In this document: positions 52,404 through 62,927 of the stretch, one piece after another
Layout of the letters: each line of letters opens with the position of its first letter
How positions within the stretch are numbered: the stretch's first letter is position 1
Source: Candidatus Zhuqueibacterota bacterium
Lineage (GTDB): Bacteria; Zhuqueibacterota; Zhuqueibacteria; Thermofontimicrobiales; Thermofontimicrobiaceae
Length of the DNA stretch: 64,000 bases
NCBI GenBank assembly: GCA_049322915.1
Contig: JBMOPW010000003.1
Span: 32,001 to 96,000 of the forward strand
Reading direction: 5' to 3'
Program-made: the position numbers and the translations under genes
The notes under the pieces: model-generated
The model's input: the letters and a program-made list of their open reading frames with translations, nothing else
Databases searched by the model: none
What the model was told of the DNA's origin: nothing

Positions 52404-53804
52404 ATGCATATTTTGAAAAAGATTCATGTCGCCGTAATCACAATATTTTTGATTGTCCCGGTTTCAATGTTTGGTCAGGAGAAGATGACCTTGACTCTCG
52501 ACAGGAGCATTGACCTGGCTCAAAAAAATAATCCCGAAATCAAGATGGCGGAAAAGGAATTGTCAAAAGCCAAAGCCAGTATCTGGGAGGCTTATTCCAA
52601 TATTCTGCCCCAGTTAGACGCTTCGGCTTCGTTCCAGCATTCATGGGAAATCCAGACCAGCATCATTCCCAACTTCATCAAGCCGATGATTGAGCCGTTA
52701 GCGTCCTACATTCCTGAACTTGCCGATGCCCCGGATTTTATCCCTATTTCATTCGGGCTGGAAAATACATTTGTCTATGGCGCCACTGTCTCGCAGCCGC
52801 TGTTTCTTGGCGGAGCCGGTATTGCCGGGATTCAGACGGCCTATTCAGTGAAAACCGCCGCCAAAGAAAATCTGGAGGAGAAAAAGCAAGAGCTCATTTA
52901 TCGCACCACCAACGCTTTTTACCTGTGCCTCCTCACGAAAGAGTTGATCAACGTACAGGAAGAAGCCTTTGAGCAGGCTAAAGCGAATTTCGAAAACGTC
53001 GCCAAGAAGTTCGAAGTCGGCAACGCTTCAGGATTTGATAAAATGCGGGCCGAAGTGGAAGTCGCCAACATGCGGCCGGAAGTCATCACCGCGCAGAATA
53101 ATTATAAGTCAGCCCTGACTCAATTGAAAACGATTCTGGGTCTGAATCGGGATACGGCCGTGGAAATCGAAGGTAGATTTCAATTCACTGAGGACAATTT
53201 TGGCAGCATGACGCTGGAAGAGATCCAAAAGATGGCGCTGACCAACCGCCCCATCATTTTGGCGATTGAGGCGCAAAAGAACATTTCCCGGAAGGGCATC
53301 GCGTTAGCGAGGAGCAATTTCATGCCCAAGTTATTCTTCCAAACGGATCTTTCATACATGTCCATGAAAAATGATTATGAACTGGCTCAGGATGACTTCA
53401 GCAAAGGTCTCACCTCTGCGTTCAGCCTGCAGGTACCGCTTTTCCATGGATTCCGTTCCGCCAAGCAATACCAGAAAGCCAGATTGGACTACAAGATCAT
53501 GCTGGATACTGAGAAACAGGTCTTCGACGGGGTGTCCGCCGAAGCCGAAGTGAGTTACAATAAATTTAAAGAAGCCAGACAGAAATATCTATCCGCCAGT
53601 CAAACGGTGGATCTGGCAACAGAGGCGCTTCGATTGGCCAATTTGATGTACGAAGAAGGCGCGAACACCCAACTGGATGTGCTGAATTCCCAGTTGGCGC
53701 TGACGCGGGCCAAACTGAGTCACGTCAATTCGCTGTATGAATACGAAGTCGCCCGATATCAACTGAGAAAAGTGACTGGAAAATTAAAGGGAATTCTGAA
53801 TTAA
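52404..53804 (+). CDS. TolC-family outer-membrane efflux protein
   Basis: Signal peptide; outer-membrane efflux repeats (NNPEI..., YEEG...LDVL); GGAGG ribosome-binding site. Confidence 0.88.
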   Translation: MHILKKIHVAVITIFLIVPVSMFGQEKMTLTLDRSIDLAQKNNPEIKMAEKELSKAKASIWEAYSNILPQLDASASFQHSWEIQTSIIPNFIKPMIEPLASYIPELADAPDFIPISFGLENTFVYGATVSQPLFLGGAGIAGIQTAYSVKTAAKENLEEKKQELIYRTTNAFYLCLLTKELINVQEEAFEQAKANFENVAKKFEVGNASGFDKMRAEVEVANMRPEVITAQNNYKSALTQLKTILGLNRDTAVEIEGRFQFTEDNFGSMTLEEIQKMALTNRPIILAIEAQKNISRKGIALARSNFMPKLFFQTDLSYMSMKNDYELAQDDFSKGLTSAFSLQVPLFHGFRSAKQYQKARLDYKIMLDTEKQVFDGVSAEAEVSYNKFKEARQKYLSASQTVDLATEALRLANLMYEEGANTQLDVLNSQLALTRAKLSHVNSLYEYEVARYQLRKVTGKLKGILN

Positions 53805-53886
53805 AAACTTCAATCCGTTCGACTGGATTTTCATTCAGATATTCCACGAAAATAAAATTTTTTTCAACATAGTGAAGGAGTTAAAA

Positions 53887-55011
53887 ATGAAACGATTGGT
53901 TGTCATTATAGGACTGATTGGTCTTGTCGCAATGTTATCGATGGGTTGTTCCAAATCCGGAACGTCTGCCAAGGACGCTGAGGTGAAAATTCCGGTGCAA
54001 ACAGCCGAAGTCATTTCCTCAACAGTGACCAAAGAATTGACCTACACCGGCGATATTATGGCAGAGCAGGAAGTGAAATTGTTCTCAAAAATCCCGGACA
54101 GGATTACCCGGTTTTTCAAAGATGAAGGTGATTACGTTGCCAAAGGCGATACCATCGCCTTGATACAGGCCACAACCATTGAGCAGGCCGTCAATCAGGC
54201 GAAGGCCGGGCTGGCGAGCGCCAGAGCGCAATTGGCGAATCTGGAAGCGGAGTACCATCGCGCGCAGCGTCTGCAAAAAGAGAATGCCATCAGCCAGCAG
54301 CAGTTCGAGGCTATTCGGACTCAGTATGAAGCCACTCAGGCGCTTGTCGAACAGACCGAGGCCGCTCTGGCTCAGGCTGAAAGCCAATTATCCGACGCAG
54401 CCATTACATCGCCCATTTCCGGGATTATCGGCGTCCGAAATTATGATCAGGGAGATATGGCCGCAGGACAGTTCCCTCTGGCCACTGTGGTGAAAATGAA
54501 TCGCGTTAAAGTTGAAGTCGACGTCCCTGAACAGGATCTGGGTGAACTTAAAGTTGGGCAATGCGCTTCGCTCCTGGTGCGTAGCTTTCCGGATGATAAA
54601 TTCACAGGTGTTATTGATAAAATCAGACCCGTTCTCGATCCCATGACCCGCATGGGCAAAATTGAAATCATGGTGGACAACAGCAATTTGCAACTGAAGC
54701 CGGGTATGTTTGCCGAAGTATCGATCTGTGTGAAAACCTTCAAGAACGTCCTGGTTGTGCCCAAACACGCGATCATCGAAAAAACAGAAATGAAACGAGT
54801 CCAGGGAGAAGATGTCGCTGTTATCTATTCCCAGGTTTTCATCGAGAAGGAAGGCATTGCCTTGCTGCGCAGTGTAGATATCTCGTATTCCAACGGCACG
54901 TTTGCCGTGGTTACCAATGGCGTTCAGTTAGGCGACAAAATAATTGTCGTCGGCCAGCAGAGTGTGAAAGACGGTTCTCTTGTGAATGTATTAGTTGAAG
55001 GAGGCAAGTAA
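53887..55011 (+). CDS. RND efflux periplasmic adaptor (MFP) lipoprotein
   Basis: Lipobox LSMGC; GDYVAKGD, ITSPISG and LKPGMF motifs. Confidence 0.9.
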   Translation: MKRLVVIIGLIGLVAMLSMGCSKSGTSAKDAEVKIPVQTAEVISSTVTKELTYTGDIMAEQEVKLFSKIPDRITRFFKDEGDYVAKGDTIALIQATTIEQAVNQAKAGLASARAQLANLEAEYHRAQRLQKENAISQQQFEAIRTQYEATQALVEQTEAALAQAESQLSDAAITSPISGIIGVRNYDQGDMAAGQFPLATVVKMNRVKVEVDVPEQDLGELKVGQCASLLVRSFPDDKFTGVIDKIRPVLDPMTRMGKIEIMVDNSNLQLKPGMFAEVSICVKTFKNVLVVPKHAIIEKTEMKRVQGEDVAVIYSQVFIEKEGIALLRSVDISYSNGTFAVVTNGVQLGDKIIVVGQQSVKDGSLVNVLVEGGK

Positions 55012-55013
55012 TC

Positions 55014-58000
55014 ATGAATATGACTTCTCTGGCGATCAAACGCGGAGTCACATTTTACATGATTTATCTCATTGTGATCGGGTTTGGTCTCTTTTCCCTG
55101 TTGCGGTTGAAGATAGATTTATTTCCGGATCTGACATTTCCTGTCATTGCCATCATCAGTCAATATTCCGGTGTGAACCCGTATGATATCGAAACGACGG
55201 TGACCCGTCCAATTGAAGAAGCTGTTTCCTCTGTTGAAAATGTAAAAAAAGTGAGCTCGACAACCAGCCAGGGCTTGTCCCTCGTCATACTCGAATTCGA
55301 CTGGGGCACGGATATGAATCAGGCCGAAATCGATACGCGGAAGTACATCGACCTGGTCCGGGACTATTTGCCCGATGAAGTGAGTTCGCCCATTACCTTC
55401 GCATTTGATCCATCGTTGCAGCCGATTATGTTCATGGGCGTGCAATCCGACCAGTACGGAATGGCTGAATTGCGACGTATTTCCGAACACGACATCGAGC
55501 CAAGAATTGAACGGATTGCCGGCGTGGCCAATGCAACAACAACGGGCGGGCTTGTTCGTGAAATTCGCGTGCTGGTGAATCCGCACAAACTGCAAGCCCA
55601 TAATTTTTCCATCGATTACGTCGTCAACGCGCTGCGGATGAACAATATGCAAATCCCCAGCGGCTGGATCGACGACGCGATGATGGAATTCACAGTCCAG
55701 ACTGTGGGTGAATATTCCAATCTTGAGCAGGTCCGAAATACGACGATTGCCAACATCGGCGGAACGCCCGTGCGCGTCAAAGACATTGCTGAAGTAGTCG
55801 ATGGTTTTAAAGAACAACGGCAGCGCGAATTTGTGAATGATATACCCGGCGTTCTTCTCATGGTCAGCAAACAATCAGATGCCAACACGGTGCAGGTTTG
55901 CGAACATGTCATAGAACGACTGCCGGCGATTCAACAGGAAATACCCAAGGGTGTAGTGATCAACAACTTTTACGATCAGGCGACTTTCATCAATAAATCT
56001 ATGTCCAACCTGGGGAACACGGCAGTCCAGGCGATTATTCTCACTTTTTTCGTTCTGTTATTTTTCCTGTTGAATGTTCGGACGTCGTTGATTGTGGTAG
56101 TTTCCATCCCCACTTCAATGGTTGTTACCTTTGCTATTATGGATCAATCCGGCATCACACTGAATATGATTTCAATGGCAGGATTGGCGCTGGCGATCGG
56201 TATGCTTGTGGATAACTCCATCGTTGTACTGGAAAATATTTTCCGGCGAAGGCAACTGGGCGACGATGCCATCGTTGCCGCGGAGAAAGGCGGATCTGAA
56301 GTGTCCATGGCGATCACCGCATCCACGCTGACTACTTTGGCAGTGTTTGTTCCGGTGTTATTCGTCCCCGGCATTGCCGGCGAATTGTTCAATGACATGG
56401 TAGTGACGATCTGCTTTTCGCTGTTAGCCTCGTTGACTGTCGCTTTGACGCTTGTTCCTTTGCTGGCATCCCAATTTTTAACTCGTGCGGAAGACCGCCC
56501 CAATAGAAAAGCGACTTTTTCAGCGATCAAAGATCCAATTACCAAATTCCTGGCCTGGTTGGCTGAAAATTACGGTCGTGTGTTAGACTGGTCATTGTAT
56601 CATCGCAAACTTATTTTATGGAGTTCTCTGATTGCATTTCTCCTGTCACTCGTGGTTTTTGCCACCAGTGGCGGCGACTTCTTCCCGCCATCGGACATGG
56701 GCTATATCTCATACACCGTGAAACGAACGCCGGGGACCAGCCTCGATGAAATGGAAAAAACCATGAAAGAAATCACCGACATCATAAAAAAGGAAGTTCC
56801 GGAGGCCATCGACATTCGTATGGAATTTGGACAGGGCGAGGGAATTGGAGCGCTGTTCGGCGGTGGGGGTTCGCATAAAGGTGAAGTCGGTGTGAAGCTA
56901 TGTAAAATCACCGACAGAAAAAGGCACCAGGCCGAAATAGACTATGACCTCCAGAAAAAATTCAAAAATATCCCCGGCGCTGAAATCCGCTATCAGGAAC
57001 AGGGCTTTAGCGCCATGTTCGGCGAAGGGGATATTGTCATCGAAATTTTTGGCCATGATTTGAATCAATCCAGAGTCATTGGCGAGCAGATTCTGCAGAT
57101 GGTTGAGAAAATTCCCGGGATCACCCAGGCTGAAATGAGCCTCGAAGAATCCATGCCGGAACTCAAAATCGAACTGGATAGGAATCGACTGTCCGATCTT
57201 GGCTTATCTGCTGCCCAGGTTTCCCAAACAATCAGCTCCAATGTGCTGGGTTCTATAGCCAGCGTCTACCGTGAGAGCGGTGATGAATACGACATCCGCG
57301 TACAACTGGATAAACGCTTCAGAACCAGCAAAGACGACCTGGGGAATATTCTGATCGTTGCTCCCAATGGGGCGCGCGTTCCGTTGAGGGCGATTGCCGA
57401 TGTCGTCGCCAGCAGAGCCCCGGTGCAAATTGCCCGCGAAGATCAGGAGCGCGTCGTTAAAGTATCGACAATGGTATTCGGCCGCGACCTGGCCAGCGTG
57501 ACGAGCGATGTCAGGAAGGAAATGAAAAAGGTGGTTCTGCCCCGTGACTTCCGACTGGAAATCAGCGGCGCTGCCGAGGAGCAGGCGGAATCCTTCATGT
57601 ATCTTGGAATCGCCATGCTCGTCGCAATCATTCTGGTCTACATGGTGATGGCTTCGCAATTCGAATCATTTTTAGATCCGTTCATCATCATGTTCACCAT
57701 TCCGCTTTCCTTGATTGGCGTGGCCATGGCGGTGCTTTTCTCTGGTAGTTCGATCACTGTTATGTCGCTCATCGGTATGATTATGCTAGTAGGAATTGTG
57801 GTCAATAATGGCATCGTGCTTGTGGATTATACCAATCAGTTGCGTAAAGGAGGCAAGGAATTGTACGAAGCTGTGAGTGAAGGCGGCAGGACGCGATTGC
57901 GCCCTGTGCTCATGACAGCGCTCACCACCATTCTGGCCATGGTTCCATTAGCTCTGGGCATCGGAGAAAGCGCTGAAACCTGGGCGCCCATGGCCCGTGC

Positions 58001-58139
58001 CGTGATTGGTGGTTTATTGGTCGCCACGATTCTCACGCTGATCGTCGTCCCTGTGCTATACGTCATTTTCGAAACAAAATCAGCACGTTACAAAGAGAAA
58101 CGAGCTGCCAAACGCGCTGCGAAACTGGCTGCTTTATAA
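55014..58139 (+). CDS. RND efflux permease (AcrB/AcrD/AcrF family)
   Basis: 1041 aa; GMLVDNSIVVLENI, GIVVNNGIVLVD and RLRPVLMT motifs. Confidence 0.95.
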   Translation: MNMTSLAIKRGVTFYMIYLIVIGFGLFSLLRLKIDLFPDLTFPVIAIISQYSGVNPYDIETTVTRPIEEAVSSVENVKKVSSTTSQGLSLVILEFDWGTDMNQAEIDTRKYIDLVRDYLPDEVSSPITFAFDPSLQPIMFMGVQSDQYGMAELRRISEHDIEPRIERIAGVANATTTGGLVREIRVLVNPHKLQAHNFSIDYVVNALRMNNMQIPSGWIDDAMMEFTVQTVGEYSNLEQVRNTTIANIGGTPVRVKDIAEVVDGFKEQRQREFVNDIPGVLLMVSKQSDANTVQVCEHVIERLPAIQQEIPKGVVINNFYDQATFINKSMSNLGNTAVQAIILTFFVLLFFLLNVRTSLIVVVSIPTSMVVTFAIMDQSGITLNMISMAGLALAIGMLVDNSIVVLENIFRRRQLGDDAIVAAEKGGSEVSMAITASTLTTLAVFVPVLFVPGIAGELFNDMVVTICFSLLASLTVALTLVPLLASQFLTRAEDRPNRKATFSAIKDPITKFLAWLAENYGRVLDWSLYHRKLILWSSLIAFLLSLVVFATSGGDFFPPSDMGYISYTVKRTPGTSLDEMEKTMKEITDIIKKEVPEAIDIRMEFGQGEGIGALFGGGGSHKGEVGVKLCKITDRKRHQAEIDYDLQKKFKNIPGAEIRYQEQGFSAMFGEGDIVIEIFGHDLNQSRVIGEQILQMVEKIPGITQAEMSLEESMPELKIELDRNRLSDLGLSAAQVSQTISSNVLGSIASVYRESGDEYDIRVQLDKRFRTSKDDLGNILIVAPNGARVPLRAIADVVASRAPVQIAREDQERVVKVSTMVFGRDLASVTSDVRKEMKKVVLPRDFRLEISGAAEEQAESFMYLGIAMLVAIILVYMVMASQFESFLDPFIIMFTIPLSLIGVAMAVLFSGSSITVMSLIGMIMLVGIVVNNGIVLVDYTNQLRKGGKELYEAVSEGGRTRLRPVLMTALTTILAMVPLALGIGESAETWAPMARAVIGGLLVATILTLIVVPVLYVIFETKSARYKEKRAAKRAAKLAAL

Positions 58140-58160
58140 ACTTGGTTGAATCTCAGAATG

Positions 58161-58199
58161 AAAAAACCGAATGTGGCAACACCATATTCGGTTTTTTTT
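58161..58199 (+). terminator. Intrinsic (bidirectional) terminator
   Basis: aaaaaaccgaatgtgg-caaca-ccatattcggtttttttt. Confidence 0.8.
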
Positions 58200-58277
58200 A
58201 TTGGGTAAAAACTTTTTTACAGCGAGAAGCAGGCGGACAAAGAGTCATTATTTTGTGTCTGAACGAAAATTGCTAAT

Positions 58278-58371
58278 ATTGACCTCACCCCGACCCTCTC
58301 CTTCAATGAGATGGAGAAAAAAATTCCCTTCTTGCCCGCAGGGTAAGAAGGGATTAAGGGATGAGGTCAAT
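58278..58371. repeat. REP-like palindromic element (cctcacccc...ccctctcc type)
   Basis: attgacctcacccc and gggatgaggtcaat terminal inverted repeat; inner hairpin tcccttctt...aagaaggga. Confidence 0.6.
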
Positions 58372-58474
58372 TTTAATAAACCTGGAAAATCTCTTTATTG
58401 TTCAGTATAAAACGAGTTTTCGTTCGATCACAATTTCGAAAAGCTGTCCCTGCCGGAGCCGAAACAACCGGCTG

Positions 58475-59848
58475 CTACTTCATTTTAAATTCAGCCGTGA
58501 AATGGCGTAAAAGTTTAGCCTGGTACACGATCTCAATACCACGTAGCATCGCTCGATTTTTGTAGACGTCTTCGATCACTTCCAGCACATAGTCAAAATG
58601 GCTCTGCGTATACACCCGCCGCGGGAACGCCAATCGAACAAGCTCCAGCGCCGGCGGCATGTACTGCCCGCTCGTCGGATCGTTTCTGCCAAACATCACT
58701 CCGCCAATTTCACAGGAACGAATTCCGCCTTCAATGTAAAGCTGGCAGGCAACTGACTGCCCCGGAAACTCCTCTACCGGAATGTGCGGCGCAAACGCTT
58801 TGGCATCCAGATAAATTGCGTGACCGCCGGCCGGCTTCAGATAGGGCACGCCCATCCTGTCCAGTTTCTCCCCCATGTATTCCGCGGTCCGGATGCGGTA
58901 TTGGAGATAATCCTCGTGCAGCACCTCTTCCAGCCCTTGCGCAATCGCTTCCAGATCGCGGCCCGCTAATCCGCCATAGGTGGGAAAACCCTCCGTGACT
59001 ATCGAAACATTCCTGGCTTGCAGCGCCAATTGATCATCGTTCATTGCCAGGAATCCGCCGATATTGACCAGCGCATCCTTCTTCGCGCTCATGGTGCAGC
59101 CATCCGCGTACGAGAACATCTCCCGGGCAATTTCTTTGCAGGTTTTATTCGCATACCCGGCTTCACGGATTTTGATGAAATAGGAATTCTCAGCAAATCG
59201 GCACGCATCCAAAAATAACGGGATGTCGTATCGCGACACCAGTTCTTTCGTTTTTCGGATATTCTCCATGGAAACCGGCTGCCCGCCCCCTGAGTTATTG
59301 GTGATGGTCAACATGCAGACCGGAATATTACGGGCGCCTTTCTGCTGAATGAAATTTTCCAGATTGTCCAGATCCATGTTACCTTTGAACGGATGCATCG
59401 ACCGGGGATCCCTGCCCTCGGCAATGACAAAGTCCACTGCTTCGGCGCTGTGATATTCGATGTTCGCCCGCGTTGTGTCGAAATGCGAGTTGGAAGGAAC
59501 GAACTTGCCGCTCTGCCCCAGAATTTCGAACAGGATTCGCTCGGCGGCGCGCCCCTGGTGCGTGGGAATGATATGTTTGAAATTGGTGATCTCTCTGACT
59601 TTTTCCAGAAAACGATAGTAGCTTCGCGCGCCGGCATACGATTCGTCCCCCCGCATGATTCCCGCCCATTGGGAATCGCTCATCGCTGAGGTCCCACTAT
59701 CTGTCAATAAATCGATGATGATATCTTCGGCATCTACCATAAAAAGGTTGTAGCCTCTCCCGGCGATTATTTTTTCGCGTTCCTCCCGCGTCGTCATTCG
59801 AATCGGCTCAACCATTTTTATCCGAAATGGTTCAATGATTGTTTTCAT
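58475..59848 (-). CDS. tnaA: Tryptophanase / tyrosine phenol-lyase family PLP enzyme
   Basis: EPFRIKMVE, IDLLTDSGT, THQGR, MSAKKD (PLP lysine) and RHFTA motifs. TnaA versus Tpl could not be resolved by eye. Confidence 0.8.
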   Translation of the reverse strand: MKTIIEPFRIKMVEPIRMTTREEREKIIAGRGYNLFMVDAEDIIIDLLTDSGTSAMSDSQWAGIMRGDESYAGARSYYRFLEKVREITNFKHIIPTHQGRAAERILFEILGQSGKFVPSNSHFDTTRANIEYHSAEAVDFVIAEGRDPRSMHPFKGNMDLDNLENFIQQKGARNIPVCMLTITNNSGGGQPVSMENIRKTKELVSRYDIPLFLDACRFAENSYFIKIREAGYANKTCKEIAREMFSYADGCTMSAKKDALVNIGGFLAMNDDQLALQARNVSIVTEGFPTYGGLAGRDLEAIAQGLEEVLHEDYLQYRIRTAEYMGEKLDRMGVPYLKPAGGHAIYLDAKAFAPHIPVEEFPGQSVACQLYIEGGIRSCEIGGVMFGRNDPTSGQYMPPALELVRLAFPRRVYTQSHFDYVLEVIEDVYKNRAMLRGIEIVYQAKLLRHFTAEFKMK

Positions 59849-60120
59849 CAGCGTCCCTTTCTTTCAGCTAATAGAAGCCAACAATGTCAATCGTTTCCAA
59901 TCGCCACAGAGGCGTTTCTTCGGACGGAATAGCGCCGCCTTCTGCGCGGGTAAATTTCATGAGTCTGGTCGGGTCTGGCAGGTTGGAGCAAAACATCGCG
60001 TGCCTGTTTCAAATCGGGTTCAGAAGAAATCCATCGCCAATGTACTCAATTCACATTAAATTTGCAATGAAAATTCCGAAGATTTTCTGGAGGGTCCTGA
60101 TGCGACAATTCATGAAAAAG

Positions 60121-60152
60121 AAAATGGCTCAGAGCGTTATTTGAGCCATTTT
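60121..60152 (-). terminator. Intrinsic terminator after the YXWGXW gene
   Basis: aaaatggctca...tgagccatttt hairpin. Confidence 0.65.
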
Positions 60153-60204
60153 AGGGAGGACTGAGATGTGATGGTAAGAAGGTAGATTCGAAAAAAGTTA
60201 TCGA

Positions 60205-60516
60205 TTATCGAGCGCGCCAATGTCCCGGCGTCCAGACATAACCGCCCGGTTTTTTCACCCAAACGCCTTCCACCCATACTTTGCCTCGGGGCGGTTTCAC
60301 CCAATGCCCATCGATCCAGACGTATTTGCCAGCGCCGTTATTCCAGGTCCAATGACCGGAAACATAGACTGCATTGGGATAAGGTCTGGGAGTGACCACC
60401 TTAACGACTCTCGGCGCCGGCGGCGCGATGCGAACGTAGACTGTGGATGCAGCTTCTCCCACGGATAGCAAGAGGGCAAATCCGAACATCAGCGTGGTGA
60501 ACAATATGCGTTTCAT
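60205..60516 (-). CDS. Exported YXWGXW-repeat protein
   Basis: Signal peptide; APPAPR motif; repeated YVW.xGHW units; GGAGG ribosome-binding site. Confidence 0.82.
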   Translation of the reverse strand: MKRILFTTLMFGFALLLSVGEAASTVYVRIAPPAPRVVKVVTPRPYPNAVYVSGHWTWNNGAGKYVWIDGHWVKPPRGKVWVEGVWVKKPGGYVWTPGHWRAR

Positions 60517-61045
60517 AATAACCTCCGAAAATTAATTGACCAGTGGATTCGTATCAAGTCTTCTGTTGACGACCTTTCGACCTGTCGTCGCAGCATAGTC
60601 ATTCAAACGCCATACCAGCTTTGATCAGTCCAGATTTTCAATCAGTTACGAATGGTTGCATCGCCAGCGACGTCAATAACCGGCCAGGGTGGGACATGGT
60701 TTTGTACTGTTACGTACAAAGGGGGAGCAGTTGTCAAATTATTTCCTGCTCAACATTTCCCTTGCTTTTTTTGAAAAAGCATGTTAAATTCAACACTTTC
60801 AATTTTAATGAGTTATCTTTATCTGAAACAAGGATGCGCCCGGTCTGATTTTTAAAGCAGGCAAGCTGATGCTGCAACAACGTATTTTTTCAGCGCCTCC
60901 AATTCCAGGCAACAATCGCTCCGAGACTTTCAAGGTGAAGTGGGTAGCCAGGGCAATTCCAGCCACTCGCGCGCAACGCATTCTGAGTTGAATGCAAAAT
61001 CAAAATACTTTTTTCATTTAAGTGAAAGCAGGTTGTGACAGCACT

Positions 61046-61891
61046 ATGCACACGTTCACAAACATCGGCCATTACTTCAGGCTATGCCGGCCTGTCAACG
61101 TGCTCATTGGAATGATTTCCATCTTCATTGGCGCGTTCATTACCGGCACGATCCAGCCGATTCGCGCGGTATTGTTCGCCTCAATTTCCGGCGGACTTAT
61201 TGCAGCAGCGGCCAATTCCATCAACGATTACTTCGATATCGCCATCGACAAAATCAATAAGCCGCACCGGCCCATCGCAGCCGGGCACATTTCTCCGACC
61301 AATGGGTTCATTTTCTCGATAGCTCTGTTCATCGCCGGGATGACCTTCGGCTATTTCATCAATTGGAAGGCGTTCGTCGTGTCTGTGTCGTCTGCAATCA
61401 TCCTTTTTTTGTACAGCGCCAGACTGAAGGGCACTGTCCTGTGGGGCAATCTTTGCGTGAGCCTGGTGACCTCACTCTCTTTCATCTACGGCGGCATCGC
61501 CGTGAATCGGCTGAACCTGGCGCTCATCCCTGCGGTATTTTCATTCTTCTACCATCTGGGTCGGGAGATCATCAAGGATGTGGAAGACGTAAAGGGCGAC
61601 AGGGCCGACCACATCAAAACGCTGCCGATCCAATACGGTTCGAAGCTCGCCCTGGAAATTGCAACCTGGGTGTATGTGTTACTCATTTTTCTCACGATTG
61701 CGCCATACGTGTTCAACATTTTTGGAATCTACTATCTGGCCATCGTCGTTGGCGTGGTCGATGTCGTGATTGTCGTTGCGCTCGTTTCCATCTGGAAAAA
61801 TCAGGAAATCGGAAACCTGTCGCGCATGAGCTTCCTCCTGAAGCTGAATATGTTTGCCGGACTGATAGCTATTTATTGCGGTAAATTTTAA
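61046..61891 (+). CDS. UbiA-family prenyltransferase, DGGGP-synthase-like
   Basis: RPVN, INDYFDIAIDKINKPHRPI, YSARLK and GREIIKDVEDVKGD...TLP motifs. Confidence 0.8.
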   Translation: MHTFTNIGHYFRLCRPVNVLIGMISIFIGAFITGTIQPIRAVLFASISGGLIAAAANSINDYFDIAIDKINKPHRPIAAGHISPTNGFIFSIALFIAGMTFGYFINWKAFVVSVSSAIILFLYSARLKGTVLWGNLCVSLVTSLSFIYGGIAVNRLNLALIPAVFSFFYHLGREIIKDVEDVKGDRADHIKTLPIQYGSKLALEIATWVYVLLIFLTIAPYVFNIFGIYYLAIVVGVVDVVIVVALVSIWKNQEIGNLSRMSFLLKLNMFAGLIAIYCGKF

Positions 61892-62022
61892 TCCGCCTCA
61901 GCCGGATGGAGTGGATTTTAACATCAGAAATGAAAGTTGAAATGAGATGCCTTCCAATTTCAGGCTGATTCGATTCTTTGTCTGATTGAAAACGATACTC
62001 AAATTAATAGCGGAAAATACCT

Positions 62023-62460
62023 GTGAGAGCTGTTGTACAAAGAGTGACGCGCGCCTCTGTTTCGATTGAAGGGAAGGTTGCAGGCGCCATAAATGCCGGG
62101 CTGGTCATTTTGTTGGGAGTGAAGCAGGACGACACGGAGGCGGACGCAAAGTTTTTGGCTGACAAATGCGTCAACCTGAGAATATTCGCCGACGCGGAGG
62201 GGAAATTCAATCTCTCGTCGCTGGACGTCCGAGGTGAACTGCTGGCGATTTCGCAATTCACCGTGTACGGCGACACCCGAAAAGGCCGGCGCCCCAGTTT
62301 CATCACGGCCGCCCGGCCTGAAATATCCGAACCGTTGTACCTCAAATTTGTGGAGTATTTGCGTGAAAGCGGACTGACCGTCGCCACCGGCCAGTTCGGA
62401 GCGAACATGCTTGTTGAAATTCACAACGATGGGCCGGTTACGTTGATATTGGAAAGTTAG
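62023..62460 (+). CDS. dtd: D-aminoacyl-tRNA deacylase
   Basis: MRAVVQRV, SQFT, KGRRPSF and NDGPVT motifs. Confidence 0.96.
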   Translation: MRAVVQRVTRASVSIEGKVAGAINAGLVILLGVKQDDTEADAKFLADKCVNLRIFADAEGKFNLSSLDVRGELLAISQFTVYGDTRKGRRPSFITAARPEISEPLYLKFVEYLRESGLTVATGQFGANMLVEIHNDGPVTLILES

Positions 62461-62470
62461 GAACACCTGT

Positions 62471-62818
62471 ATGGACGAAAAATGTATCTTCTGTGAGATC
62501 GTTCAAAAAAAAATGCCCGCCAAAATTGCGTATGAGTCGGAACGGGTATTGGCGTTTCACGATATTCGGCCTCAGGCGCCGGTTCATATTTTAATCATCC
62601 CCAGAGAGCATATTGCCACGTTGAACGACCTGACACCCGAGAACCAGATGGTTATGGGCGAAATTTTTCTTGTCGCCAAAAAGCTGGCTGCGGAGTTGGG
62701 ATTTGCCGAGAAAGGGTATCGAACCGTATTCAATTGTAATCGAGATGCCGGTCAGGACGTCTATCACATCCATCTCCATCTTCTGGCCGGTCGCTTTTTC
62801 TACTGGCCGCCAGGGTAG
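62471..62818 (+). CDS. hinT: HIT-family nucleotide-binding protein
   Basis: CIFC, PQAPVH, GQDVYHIHLHLL and WPPG motifs. Confidence 0.92.
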   Translation: MDEKCIFCEIVQKKMPAKIAYESERVLAFHDIRPQAPVHILIIPREHIATLNDLTPENQMVMGEIFLVAKKLAAELGFAEKGYRTVFNCNRDAGQDVYHIHLHLLAGRFFYWPPG

Positions 62819-62847
62819 ATATCGCCTGTAAAAAAGATAAAAAAAAC

Positions 62848-62876
62848 TTGATTTTGAGTAGTATTTTTTTTATCTT
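62848..62876 (+). promoter_or_regulatory. Promoter of rpsU
   Basis: TTGATT-17-TATCTT. Confidence 0.45.
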
Positions 62877-62927
62877 TGCAGGTAATTTAAATCCACAATA
62901 CTCTTTGAGAAAGGAGGTTTGAAGTTA

